Part shown: piece by piece, positions 27,544-36,037 of the stretch
How the letters are laid out: each line of letters begins with the position of its first letter
Position numbering within the stretch: the first letter of the stretch is position 1
DNA from: an uncultured Dehalococcoidaceae bacterium
Lineage (GTDB): Bacteria; Chloroflexota; Dehalococcoidia; Dehalococcoidales; RBG-16-60-22
Assembly: GCA_964584575.1 (NCBI GenBank)
Contig: CAZPAS010000001.1
Coordinates: 1-56,310, forward strand
Direction of reading: 5' to 3'
Length of the DNA stretch: 56,310 nucleotides
The notes under the pieces: generated by a model
Seen by the model: only the letters and a program-made list of their open reading frames with translations
Databases searched by the model: none
Told to the model about the DNA's origin: nothing
Made by a program: the position numbers and the translations under genes

Positions 27544-29469
27544 ATGACTGAATACGGTTACGCCGGAGAGATTTTAAAGGTTGATTTATCGGACGGAAAG
27601 GTAACCAAATCTCCGACCGCCCCTTATGCGGATAAATTCATCGGTGGACACGGCATCGCCACCAGGCTTTACTGGGAGATGGTGCCGCCGCAGGTAAAAG
27701 CGTACGACCCGGAGAACTGCTTAATCTGCGCCAGCGGCCCGGTGGCGGGGTTCCCCGGCTTTGCCGGTGCCCGCTGGAAAATCTGCGGTAAAACGCCCCT
27801 CGGAGACCCGGAGTCCTACTCCAACTGCAATCTGGGGGAGGGGTGGGGGACCTGGCTGAAATATGCCGGCTACGATGCCCTAACGGTACAGGGCAGGGCG
27901 GATAAACCCTCCTATCTCTACATCCACGACGGTAAAGTGGAGATACGTGACGCCTCTCATCTCAAGGGCAAGACCACTTTCGATACGAGCGACAGCCTGA
28001 AAGCGGAACTGGGTAAAAACGTCAGCGTGCTGGCAATCGGTCCCGCCGCGGAGAACCTGATATCCTTTGCCACCGTGCTGGCGGAAGGGGGCGCCTCCGG
28101 CTCGGGCGGGTTCGGTGCGGTCATGGGTTCGAAGAACCTTAAAGCCATCGCCGTCGCTTATGGCGATAAGAGACCAGCGGCTGCCGACCCCGATGCGGTA
28201 CGCAAGCTGGCAAAACGCATCGCGGGCACCCAGCGGCCGGTGCCCATGCCTTCTCTGTGGGCGGTGCCCGGACTTACCCGCGACCATGCCTGCTACGGCT
28301 GCGGCATCGGCTGCTCACGCCAGATTTACGACGGTGATGATGGTCGCACTTATAAATCGCTCTGCCAGGCTTCCGACGTTTATGGAGCGATGGTCACCAG
28401 GTACCTCGGTAAGCCGGACGGTTCGCGCCTCCAGGCAACGAGACTCTGCGACGGCTACGGACTTGATACCTCCATCATGCAGAGCCTCATCGAATGGCTC
28501 GATGCCCTCTATCAGGAAGGCATTATCAATGAAAAGGAAACCGGACTCCCCCTATCCAAGGTCGGCAGACCAGAGTATATAGAAGAACTTACCAGAATGA
28601 TTACTTTCAAAGAAGGCTTCGGAGCTCTTTTCTCCGGCGGCATTATAGCCGCTGCTGAGTCGATTGGACCGAAAGCCCGCGAAATGCTGAGCACGTACAT
28701 CGCCACCAGCGGGGGCGAGAAAAGGGACTACGACCCGAGACTGTTTATTACGACGAGCCTTATCTACGCCACGGAACCGAGACGGACGATACAGCAGCTC
28801 CACGATGTCTGCAATATGTTGATGATGTGGGTCGGCGCGGAGGGAGGCAAGGTGGGCGAAGTGTTCTCCGTGGAGGATTTCCGCAAGGTCGCCGAGCGGA
28901 TCTGGGGGGACGCCGTCGCGGCAGACTTTTCCACGTACCGGGGTAAGGCACTAGCCGCCAGGATGCTCCAGGACCGCGGCTATGCCAAGGAAAGCCTCGT
29001 CCTCTGCGACCTCCGCTGGACGATGACCCTTCCCTTCCGTTACTTGGGGGACGGACCGACGCCCGTAACGGAACCCGAGATATTCTCGGCGATTACGGGA
29101 AAAGAGATTGACGAGGCGGGACTTTTCAAGATGGGTGAGAGAATCTTCAACCTGCAAAGGGCCGTACTGCTCCGCCAGGGAAGACCGGGACGCGCGGGCG
29201 ACCGGATAATGGAGCATTTCTTCACCCTGCCTCTGAAAAAGAACGAGTTATTCTACGACGCCGACTGCCTGGCGCCGGGCAAGGACGGCGAGATAATATC
29301 GAAAGTCGGGGCGGTAATCGAAAGAGATAAATTCGAAGATATGAAGAGCGAGTATTACAGCCTCCGCGGCTGGGACGTGGAGTCCGGCCTGATGACCAGA
29401 GCCGGTCTGGAAGGATTACAGCTCGACGATATCGCCGACGATTTAGCGACCCGCGGATTACTAAGGTAA
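27544..29469 (+). CDS. Aldehyde:ferredoxin oxidoreductase family protein, divergent paralogue 3
   Basis: GEILKVDL...; CYGCGIGCS (CX2CX3C); CDGYGLDTS. It is 641 aa, and its N-terminal domain and C-terminal half differ clearly from paralogues 1 and 2. Confidence 0.8.
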   Translation: MTEYGYAGEILKVDLSDGKVTKSPTAPYADKFIGGHGIATRLYWEMVPPQVKAYDPENCLICASGPVAGFPGFAGARWKICGKTPLGDPESYSNCNLGEGWGTWLKYAGYDALTVQGRADKPSYLYIHDGKVEIRDASHLKGKTTFDTSDSLKAELGKNVSVLAIGPAAENLISFATVLAEGGASGSGGFGAVMGSKNLKAIAVAYGDKRPAAADPDAVRKLAKRIAGTQRPVPMPSLWAVPGLTRDHACYGCGIGCSRQIYDGDDGRTYKSLCQASDVYGAMVTRYLGKPDGSRLQATRLCDGYGLDTSIMQSLIEWLDALYQEGIINEKETGLPLSKVGRPEYIEELTRMITFKEGFGALFSGGIIAAAESIGPKAREMLSTYIATSGGEKRDYDPRLFITTSLIYATEPRRTIQQLHDVCNMLMMWVGAEGGKVGEVFSVEDFRKVAERIWGDAVAADFSTYRGKALAARMLQDRGYAKESLVLCDLRWTMTLPFRYLGDGPTPVTEPEIFSAITGKEIDEAGLFKMGERIFNLQRAVLLRQGRPGRAGDRIMEHFFTLPLKKNELFYDADCLAPGKDGEIISKVGAVIERDKFEDMKSEYYSLRGWDVESGLMTRAGLEGLQLDDIADDLATRGLLR

Positions 29470-30720
29470 ATGAATTATAACGGCTCTTCCGGGAAACGCT
29501 GGTACGTCGTCGGTCTGGGAGCCGTCATCAACCTGGTCGTCTTCGCCATGGCTATGTCGGCCATGCCGGTACTTTTCAGTGAGATTGCCGACGAACTCGG
29601 ACTGACCATCGTCCAGATTGGGACGGTATGGGGAGCCAGTTCCGTCGCCGGCATTTTCAGCATACTGGTAGCGGGGTCGTTCGCCGACCGCTTCGGCGCC
29701 AGACGTGTCCTCACGGTCTTCTGCCTGATGGCGGGGATTTTCGGCGCCTCCAGGGGACTCTCGGACAGCTTTGTCACCCTGGCGATTACCTCCCTGCTGT
29801 TCGGTCTTGCCAGCGAGGCGGTGCCGGTCATCGTCATCAAGAACACCAGCATGTGGTTTCACGAGCGCAGCCTGGGGACCGCCCAGGGAATCATCACCAC
29901 CTGCGTGGGCGGCGGCATGATGCTCGGGGCGATGATAAGCGCCACGGTGCTTTCACCGCTGCTGGGTGGCTGGCAGAACGTCATGTTTTTCTACGGGGGA
30001 ATCTCGGTACTCCTCGGCGTTATCTGCTTCCTCACCATGCCCGACCCCGCCCACACGGAATCCAAGGACGGCGTTCAGGCGCCCCGGCAGTCGCTGGCGC
30101 ACGTCATGCGTATCAAGGGTGTCTGGCTCGTTGCCATTGCCATGATGGGTTTTGCCGGATGCAACAAGGGCGTGATTGGCTACCTTCCCCTTTACCTGCG
30201 GAATATCGGCTGGACGGCTGCCGGAGCCGACGGCACCCTCGCCGCCCTCAACGCCGCGGGCACGGCGGCGGCAATACCCCTGACCCTCCTCTCCGATAAG
30301 CTCGGATTGAGGAAAGCCCTGGTACTCCCCGGACTGGTTATCACCGTCATCGGCGTGGGTCTACTCTCCACAGTCACCGGTCCGGCGGTCTGGATTCTGG
30401 CGATTCTGGCGGGTGTTTTCCGCGATATGATATGGGCAATGGCGTCCACGGTTATCGTAGAGACGGATGGAATCGGGCCTGTTTATGCGGGGACCGCCGT
30501 GGGGATAGTCCATGCCTTCACACGGGTGGGTTATACCTTTTCGCCTCCGGCGGGCAACAGCCTGGTGGCTATAAGTGAAAGTCTGCCCTTTGTCTTCTGG
30601 GCAGGGCTTTCCGCGATAGCATTTGTGCTCTACTGCTTCGTGAAGGAGACGGGGCGGAGAAGGCGAACCTCCCCGCCCTCAACGTATAATCACCCGCACA
30701 CGCTGTCCCCCCTCCGTTAA
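29470..30720 (+). CDS. MFS transporter
   Basis: About 12 hydrophobic helices; a DRFGARR-type motif between TM2 and TM3; the ATG directly abuts the AOR3 stop (TAAATG). Confidence 0.85.
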   Translation: MNYNGSSGKRWYVVGLGAVINLVVFAMAMSAMPVLFSEIADELGLTIVQIGTVWGASSVAGIFSILVAGSFADRFGARRVLTVFCLMAGIFGASRGLSDSFVTLAITSLLFGLASEAVPVIVIKNTSMWFHERSLGTAQGIITTCVGGGMMLGAMISATVLSPLLGGWQNVMFFYGGISVLLGVICFLTMPDPAHTESKDGVQAPRQSLAHVMRIKGVWLVAIAMMGFAGCNKGVIGYLPLYLRNIGWTAAGADGTLAALNAAGTAAAIPLTLLSDKLGLRKALVLPGLVITVIGVGLLSTVTGPAVWILAILAGVFRDMIWAMASTVIVETDGIGPVYAGTAVGIVHAFTRVGYTFSPPAGNSLVAISESLPFVFWAGLSAIAFVLYCFVKETGRRRRTSPPSTYNHPHTLSPLR

Positions 30721-30908
30721 CGACGTCCCTTGCCGGCTGCCGCCAGGGGGGCGACCGCCAGCCACAGGGTAATGGTAATCAGCATGGACTTGACGTAGGT
30801 GATGGAGGCTATCCCGAAGTCGGGGCAAATAGCCCCCCAGAGAAGCATCAGGAAAAAGGAACTCAGGAAAAAGCCGGGAATGGCAGCCAGTATTCTGAAA
30901 TAACCCAT
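30717..30908 (-). CDS. Small two-TM membrane protein (63 aa) coupled to the MMPL gene
   Basis: Its ATG lies 1 nt after the MMPL stop (TAATATG). It has two hydrophobic helices and no recognisable family. Confidence 0.5.
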   Translation of the reverse strand: MGYFRILAAIPGFFLSSFFLMLLWGAICPDFGIASITYVKSMLITITLWLAVAPLAAAGKGRR

Positions 30909-30909
30909 A

Positions 30910-33168
30910 TTATCCCTCCTCGACGGAGCCCACCGGCTCCAGCTTGATTTGTTTTTTATACGTCACTTTCGGCTCCTGGCTTACTGCCGGTTGTTCGCCG
31001 AGACTTACGTTCGGTATCCATTCCAGCCACTTCGGGAGATACCAGTTATAACGACCCAGCAGCTTCATCGTCGCCGGAACGAGGACGCACCGTATCAATG
31101 TGGCGTCCAGGAACACGGCGACCGCCAGTCCGAAGCCCATCTGCTGCATCATGACAAGGTCGCCCAGGGCGAACCCGCCGAACACCGCCACCATTATCAG
31201 GGCGGCGCCGGTAATCAGCCTGCCCGTGGAACGCAGCCCGAAGGATACCGCCTCCGAGTTATCCTTGGTCCGCAGGTACCTCTCGCGCACGCGACTCAAC
31301 AGGAAGACGTGGTAGTCCATGGAGAGTCCGAAGAGCAGAGCGAAGAGGAACAGGGGCAGCCACGTCTCGATTACCTCTACCTGAATGAACCCGAAGAAGT
31401 CGGCGCCGATACCCTTCTGGAAGACCAGCACGATGAGTCCGTACGCCGCCCCCACGGACAGCATGTTCATGATAATGGCGGTAGTGGGTATCACGATGGA
31501 ACGGAAAGCCAGTATCAATATGATGAAGCTCAAGGCGAGGACATAGGCGAATATGAACGGGGTATACTCGTCCGTGGTCTGGTTAAAGTCCACCATGAAG
31601 GCGGTATCGCCCGTGACCAGCACCCGTACGGGACTGTCCCCGAAAGCCTGCGGTATATATTCCGCCCGCATGGTACGCACCGCGTCCATCGATTGCAGAC
31701 TCATGGAGTCCCCGGCTATTCCGGCGTAGACTATCGCCATATTCTTATCCGGCTGCGGTAAAACGTAGGAAGCCGCGAACGCGGGGTCGGCATCCAGGCT
31801 GGCCTGCAATCCGGCAATCCCCGCCTGTGTCTTCTGCGAGGTTATATCCCCGTCGACGACGATAATGGTCGGGGTGTCCATGCCGATGTGGAACTCCTCC
31901 TGAAGTACATCGTATCCCTGCTTGGCGGGCAGGTAATCGGGCACGCCGCTTATCCCGGACATGCCCGTTTCTTTATCAAGGAAGGGGTAGGCGGCGGCAA
32001 GCAGAATAAGCACGATAACGATGAGACTCAATACGGGCACCCGCGTGACTATCCTGGTCATTCTCCCCCAGAACCCGTTGGCATACTCATATGTCTTTGC
32101 CGTCTGGCGCTGGATAAAGGGGATTCTTATGGCGTTTACCTTGTCTCCCAGCAGGCCTAACATAGCCGGGAGCAACGTCAGCGAGGCGGTAATCGCCATC
32201 AGCACCACCAGAATGGAGCCGATACCCATCGAGATGAATATGGAAAGCGGGAAAATCACCAGGCCGGTGAGTGCCAGCACTACGGTCAGACCGCTGAAGA
32301 ATATCGCCCGGCTGGCGGTGGCGCCGGCGGCGCCGATGGCGTCCATCTTGTCCAGTCCCTTGCTGCGCTCCTCGCGGTACCTGGTCAGGATGAACAGGGA
32401 ATAATCTATACCCACTGCCAGCCCCATCATGGTTATCATGTTGGATATCATGAAGGTGAGGTCCATCACCTGTCCCACCAGGGCGGTGAGTCCGAGGGCG
32501 ACGAGGATGGAGACGACCCCGAGGGCAATCGGCAGGACCGCCGCGGCGATGGCTCCGAAGACTACGGCCAGGATAACGATAGCCGCCGAGATACCGATGG
32601 TCTCGCCGGTGGTCATCGAGTCCTCGCCCAGCTTCATGGAATCCGCCATGAAGGAAGCGCTGCCCGTGTGGAATATTTCAAAATCCTCGGTGATGTACGT
32701 ATCACCCACGGCGTAGACCCGGTCCATCTTTTCGTCCGCGTCCATGGGCATGGTGAAAGCGATTATCGTACTGTGCCGGTCGGGAGAGACCATCGTGGGG
32801 TCCTGCGTCATGTAGTAGGTAGCCCCGCCAAAGACGACATCCGGCCCCAGTGCCATCACATCAGCATATATACTCTCCACGTGACTGCGGTACGCGGCGT
32901 CGTCCACCGTCATCGTACTCGACCGCACGATTATCATCTCGTCCAGGTCTTCGTACTCGGCTATCCCGAGTCGTTCGTTCATCAGCTCGAGGGCTTCGCT
33001 GGACTCGGGATTATTAGTAGGCTCGACGTCGGTTACCAGCGCGTCTCCCAGGAAACTATTCATCAGGAAGACCGCCAGTGCTATCGCCGCCACCCAGATG
33101 CCCACCGTTACCCAGGGCTTCCGGGCGCAGGCTCTAGCCAGGGATTCCGTCCAATTTTTGGCAAACAT
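30910..33168 (-). CDS. MMPL-family (RND superfamily) transporter
   Basis: 752 aa arranged as two repeats of 1 TM, a large loop, then 5 TM. Includes a GIDYSLFILTRYREE-type motif. Confidence 0.85.
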   Translation of the reverse strand: MFAKNWTESLARACARKPWVTVGIWVAAIALAVFLMNSFLGDALVTDVEPTNNPESSEALELMNERLGIAEYEDLDEMIIVRSSTMTVDDAAYRSHVESIYADVMALGPDVVFGGATYYMTQDPTMVSPDRHSTIIAFTMPMDADEKMDRVYAVGDTYITEDFEIFHTGSASFMADSMKLGEDSMTTGETIGISAAIVILAVVFGAIAAAVLPIALGVVSILVALGLTALVGQVMDLTFMISNMITMMGLAVGIDYSLFILTRYREERSKGLDKMDAIGAAGATASRAIFFSGLTVVLALTGLVIFPLSIFISMGIGSILVVLMAITASLTLLPAMLGLLGDKVNAIRIPFIQRQTAKTYEYANGFWGRMTRIVTRVPVLSLIVIVLILLAAAYPFLDKETGMSGISGVPDYLPAKQGYDVLQEEFHIGMDTPTIIVVDGDITSQKTQAGIAGLQASLDADPAFAASYVLPQPDKNMAIVYAGIAGDSMSLQSMDAVRTMRAEYIPQAFGDSPVRVLVTGDTAFMVDFNQTTDEYTPFIFAYVLALSFIILILAFRSIVIPTTAIIMNMLSVGAAYGLIVLVFQKGIGADFFGFIQVEVIETWLPLFLFALLFGLSMDYHVFLLSRVRERYLRTKDNSEAVSFGLRSTGRLITGAALIMVAVFGGFALGDLVMMQQMGFGLAVAVFLDATLIRCVLVPATMKLLGRYNWYLPKWLEWIPNVSLGEQPAVSQEPKVTYKKQIKLEPVGSVEEG

Positions 33169-33229
33169 ATTCCACCTCCATGCTGCCGTGCAGCATTTAA
33201 ATTTTTGGGAATTATTGGATTGGGGAGGT

Positions 33230-33268
33230 GGCGCAACTGCGGTTCCCGTTACCTGACGCAGTTGCGCC
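33230..33268 (-). other. Perfect 12-bp inverted repeat (GGCGCAACTGCG / CGCAGTTGCGCC, 15-nt loop) between the LiaX-N-like gene and the MMPL gene
   Basis: The arms at 33230-33241 and 33257-33268 are exact reverse complements. It begins 22 nt after the stop at 33290 on the minus strand. No U-tract follows, so it could be an attenuator, a processing or stabiliser hairpin, or an atypical terminator. Confidence 0.35.
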
Positions 33269-33289
33269 GTCAGTTATATATAAAGGGTG

Positions 33290-33733
33290 TTATTCTACAT
33301 ACACTTTTACTTTCTCACCCCTGCCGCTTATCACGTCCACCTCCAGTTCGCCCAGGGCTTCGATGAGCTCCTCGATGTCCTCTGACTTAACGCTGCGCAC
33401 ATCGAAGTTGATTCCTTTTTCCTTTAAAGCCCCGTTTACCTTATCCAGCGCCTCGGGCGGTATCAGGGCGGTGAGTTTTATGCCGGCGCGTATCAACGAC
33501 ATGGGCACACGGACATTGACACGGTCGACGTTCTCCGTGTTCTCCTTTTCCGGATCGGGCGCTATGGAGACCCGCAGGTACTTGGGCCTGGCCTTCGTCC
33601 CCGGTTCCACCTTCGGGATACTTTCCTGCCCGCCTCCTTCAGTGTCGATTACGCTCAGCAGGCGGTAGGCGTCATCAATACTTATTTTCTTGTCGGCTAG
33701 CATTTCCAGTATTTTCTTTTTATTCTCGGTCAT
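33290..33733 (-). CDS. Uncharacterised soluble protein with N-terminal SHOCT/LiaX-N-like helix motif
   Basis: MTENKKKILEMLADKKISIDDAYRLL...; AAGGAGG Shine-Dalgarno 8 nt before ATG 33733, so the track start at 33778 is probably too long. It is the third gene of the DUF2089-led unit. Confidence 0.6.
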   Translation of the reverse strand: MTENKKKILEMLADKKISIDDAYRLLSVIDTEGGGQESIPKVEPGTKARPKYLRVSIAPDPEKENTENVDRVNVRVPMSLIRAGIKLTALIPPEALDKVNGALKEKGINFDVRSVKSEDIEELIEALGELEVDVISGRGEKVKVYVE

Positions 33734-33755
33734 TTTATTATCCTCCTTATACCGC

Positions 33756-34034
33756 CTACACGACGGATATATATACACTTTCTCTGGGATTGTGGACGTC
33801 TACCTTCAAGCCGCGCATGGCGCAGAAAGAAACGATTGCCGCCCACGGCGCCAGCACCACCAGCCTTCCCCAGCCGAACGGCCAGAGAACCAGCAGGCTT
33901 ATCAGTATCAGGGGCGAAAGGATGATTAAGACAACCAGCGCCAGCGGTATCAACAGGAACAGCGGCAGCCATAGTCCGAAGTCGTTGCGTTCGTTCTTGA
34001 TTTTCACGCGCATCAATAAGGGCGGTCTGTTCAT
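33756..34034 (-). CDS. Small membrane protein (92 aa, 2-3 TM)
   Basis: ATGA overlap with the DUF2089-like gene stop (34031-34034); hydrophobic helices LWLPLFLLIPLALVVLIILSPLILISLLVLWPF. Confidence 0.55.
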   Translation of the reverse strand: MNRPPLLMRVKIKNERNDFGLWLPLFLLIPLALVVLIILSPLILISLLVLWPFGWGRLVVLAPWAAIVSFCAMRGLKVDVHNPRESVYISVV

Positions 34035-34393
34035 TTGGAGAGCCTCCTTATCGCTTCATCCACATCAATATCGCCGTGCTCCAGCTCGGACATAACTTCT
34101 TCCTGGCTGGAAATGGAGACAATCTCGACAAACTCAAGCTGCTTGGCGATGCGGTTGATGCGATTTTTCACGGTGGGGTAGCTGATGCCGAACATCTCTT
34201 CCATGTCCTTGATGGAGCCGTGGCAGCGCACGAAAGCCATTACGAAGACCTGGTCCTCGGCGGAGAGACTCGCCAGGGGAGGCAGGGCAAAGCTTCCCTC
34301 GATAGCAATGTCGCTATCGACCAGCCGTACACGCTCTATCGTTATCGGCTTACCCTGCGTCATTTTCGTTAGTTCATGCCACTCTTTCGACAT
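34031..34393 (-). CDS. DUF2089-like putative transcriptional regulator (zinc-ribbon cysteines absent)
   Basis: Core EDQVFVMAFVRCHGSIKDMEEMFGISYPTVKNRINRIAKQL (HTH). The C-terminal GDIDVDEAIRRL SHOCT-like motif is of the same type as in 33290-33733. Confidence 0.7.
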   Translation of the reverse strand: MSKEWHELTKMTQGKPITIERVRLVDSDIAIEGSFALPPLASLSAEDQVFVMAFVRCHGSIKDMEEMFGISYPTVKNRINRIAKQLEFVEIVSISSQEEVMSELEHGDIDVDEAIRRLSK

Positions 34394-34683
34394 TGCGGTT
34401 CACCTTTCTTGTGTATTTTTTTCAGACGCATTAAGAAATTTAACTTTCCGCTTAATTTTCTTAATATATTATAAAGTCCGATATTAACTTTGTCAATACC
34501 TTTTTCAAGTATTTTTATAAAAATTACTAAAAATATTGATTTTATTAAGTTTTCACCTGAATATTATTCGGCCTGACGTCGAGTAATATCATAATTCTTT
34601 AAGGAACCCCTGTAAAATTGGTACAAAACCGCCGCTATGATATACTGAAAATCGTCAGCAGCTTTCCAAAGGAGATCACTTAC

Positions 34684-36021
34684 ATGGAAAAACAATGGTC
34701 GGAAATGACCAGGGAAGAAAAACGCGATAAGCGTCAGAAAGACTACCTCTCCGGGACCGGCATCAAGTTCCGCGACGCCAAGGCGGAGAGACTCTACAAC
34801 GAGCGGGTTACCCGCATGACGAAGGTCGCCCGCTGCGAGGTGCCCGACCGCGTACCCGTTTCCCTGCCTACCGGTCATTATCCGGCTTACTACGCCGGTT
34901 ACAACTTCAAGACCATGATGTATGACTCCGAAGCCCTGAAAATAGCCTACCGGAAGTTCATGGAAGACTTCTACGAGGACATGGACATGTTCATGGGTCC
35001 GGGATTTATTTTTTCCGGCAGAGTGATGGATATCTGCGACTATAAGAATTATAGCTGGCCGGGGCATGGACTCGGCGATGATGTCAATACTTTCCAGTTC
35101 GTCGAAGCCGACTACATGAAGGAAGGCGAATGGGATGCTTTCATGAAAGACCCCTCCGACTTCGGATTCAGGGTCCTCACTCCCCGTACCATGGGCGCGG
35201 CGGAAGGACTGCAATATTTCCCGCCCCTCAGTAGCCTGATGGGCACGCCGATGGTCATGGCGATGCCGTTCACCCGACCGGAGGTAAGAAACACCTTCAA
35301 AAAATTGATAGAAGCCGGGGAAGCCATGGAGAACTGGCAGAAAGAAATTATGGTGGTCTCCATGGAGGCAGTTGCGGCCGGTTTCCCCGCGGGACGCGGC
35401 GGCCTGGGCATCGCCCCCTTCGACGTCATCGGCGACTTCCTGAGGGGGACGCAGGGTGTTGCCGTGGACATGTTCCGCCGTCCGGAGCAGCTCCTCGAGT
35501 CCATCGACATGATTTATGACCTGATAGTGCCCGGAATGATAGAACGGATAAATGCTTCCGGCGGCCACTCCGTCGCCTTTCCCCTCCATAGGGGCGACGA
35601 TACCTTTATGTCCCGCCAGCAGTTCGAAAAGTTCTACTGGCCCACTCTTAAGAAATACATCGACGCATTAATAGAAGAAGGCATCCAGGTATCCCTCTTC
35701 GCCGAGGGCGCCTATAACGAAAGGCTGGAATACATCGGCGACTTTCCCAAGGGCTGGGTATCCTGGATGTTCGATAAGACGGACATGGCTAAAGCCAAGA
35801 AGATGATAGGCGACCGGTGCTCCATTTCCGGCAATGTGCCCGCCTCGCTGGTGGTTACCGGCACGCCTGAAGAAATTAAGGAATGCTGCCGCCGGCTAAT
35901 TGAGACCTGTGCCCCCGGCGGCGGTTATACTCTTGCCGGCGGCGCTACGGCGACGGAAGTGAAGAACCCGGACAACTTCCGTGTTTTCATGGAAGCCGCC
36001 GTGGAATACGGCACGTATTGA
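34684..36021 (+). CDS. Uroporphyrinogen decarboxylase (URO-D) family protein
   Basis: Overall URO-D/MtaA-like pattern recognised by eye, with low precision. AAGGAG Shine-Dalgarno precedes ATG 34684, so the track start at 34618 is too long. Confidence 0.7.
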   Translation: MEKQWSEMTREEKRDKRQKDYLSGTGIKFRDAKAERLYNERVTRMTKVARCEVPDRVPVSLPTGHYPAYYAGYNFKTMMYDSEALKIAYRKFMEDFYEDMDMFMGPGFIFSGRVMDICDYKNYSWPGHGLGDDVNTFQFVEADYMKEGEWDAFMKDPSDFGFRVLTPRTMGAAEGLQYFPPLSSLMGTPMVMAMPFTRPEVRNTFKKLIEAGEAMENWQKEIMVVSMEAVAAGFPAGRGGLGIAPFDVIGDFLRGTQGVAVDMFRRPEQLLESIDMIYDLIVPGMIERINASGGHSVAFPLHRGDDTFMSRQQFEKFYWPTLKKYIDALIEEGIQVSLFAEGAYNERLEYIGDFPKGWVSWMFDKTDMAKAKKMIGDRCSISGNVPASLVVTGTPEEIKECCRRLIETCAPGGGYTLAGGATATEVKNPDNFRVFMEAAVEYGTY

Positions 36022-36037
36022 ACAAAGGTGGTTGGAT

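Noticed and set aside
34564-35589. 341-aa ORF on the minus strand, opposite the URO-D-family gene.
   Set aside because: It is a shadow ORF in GC-rich coding DNA. Its translation is low-complexity (rich in G/H/R/V) with no motifs, whereas the plus-strand frame has a Shine-Dalgarno and a coherent enzyme-like sequence. The same reasoning applies to other long antisense ORFs such as 5122-5979, 18963-19757, 21013-21756, 30949-31761, 39342-40274, 46488-47369 and 52383-53444.
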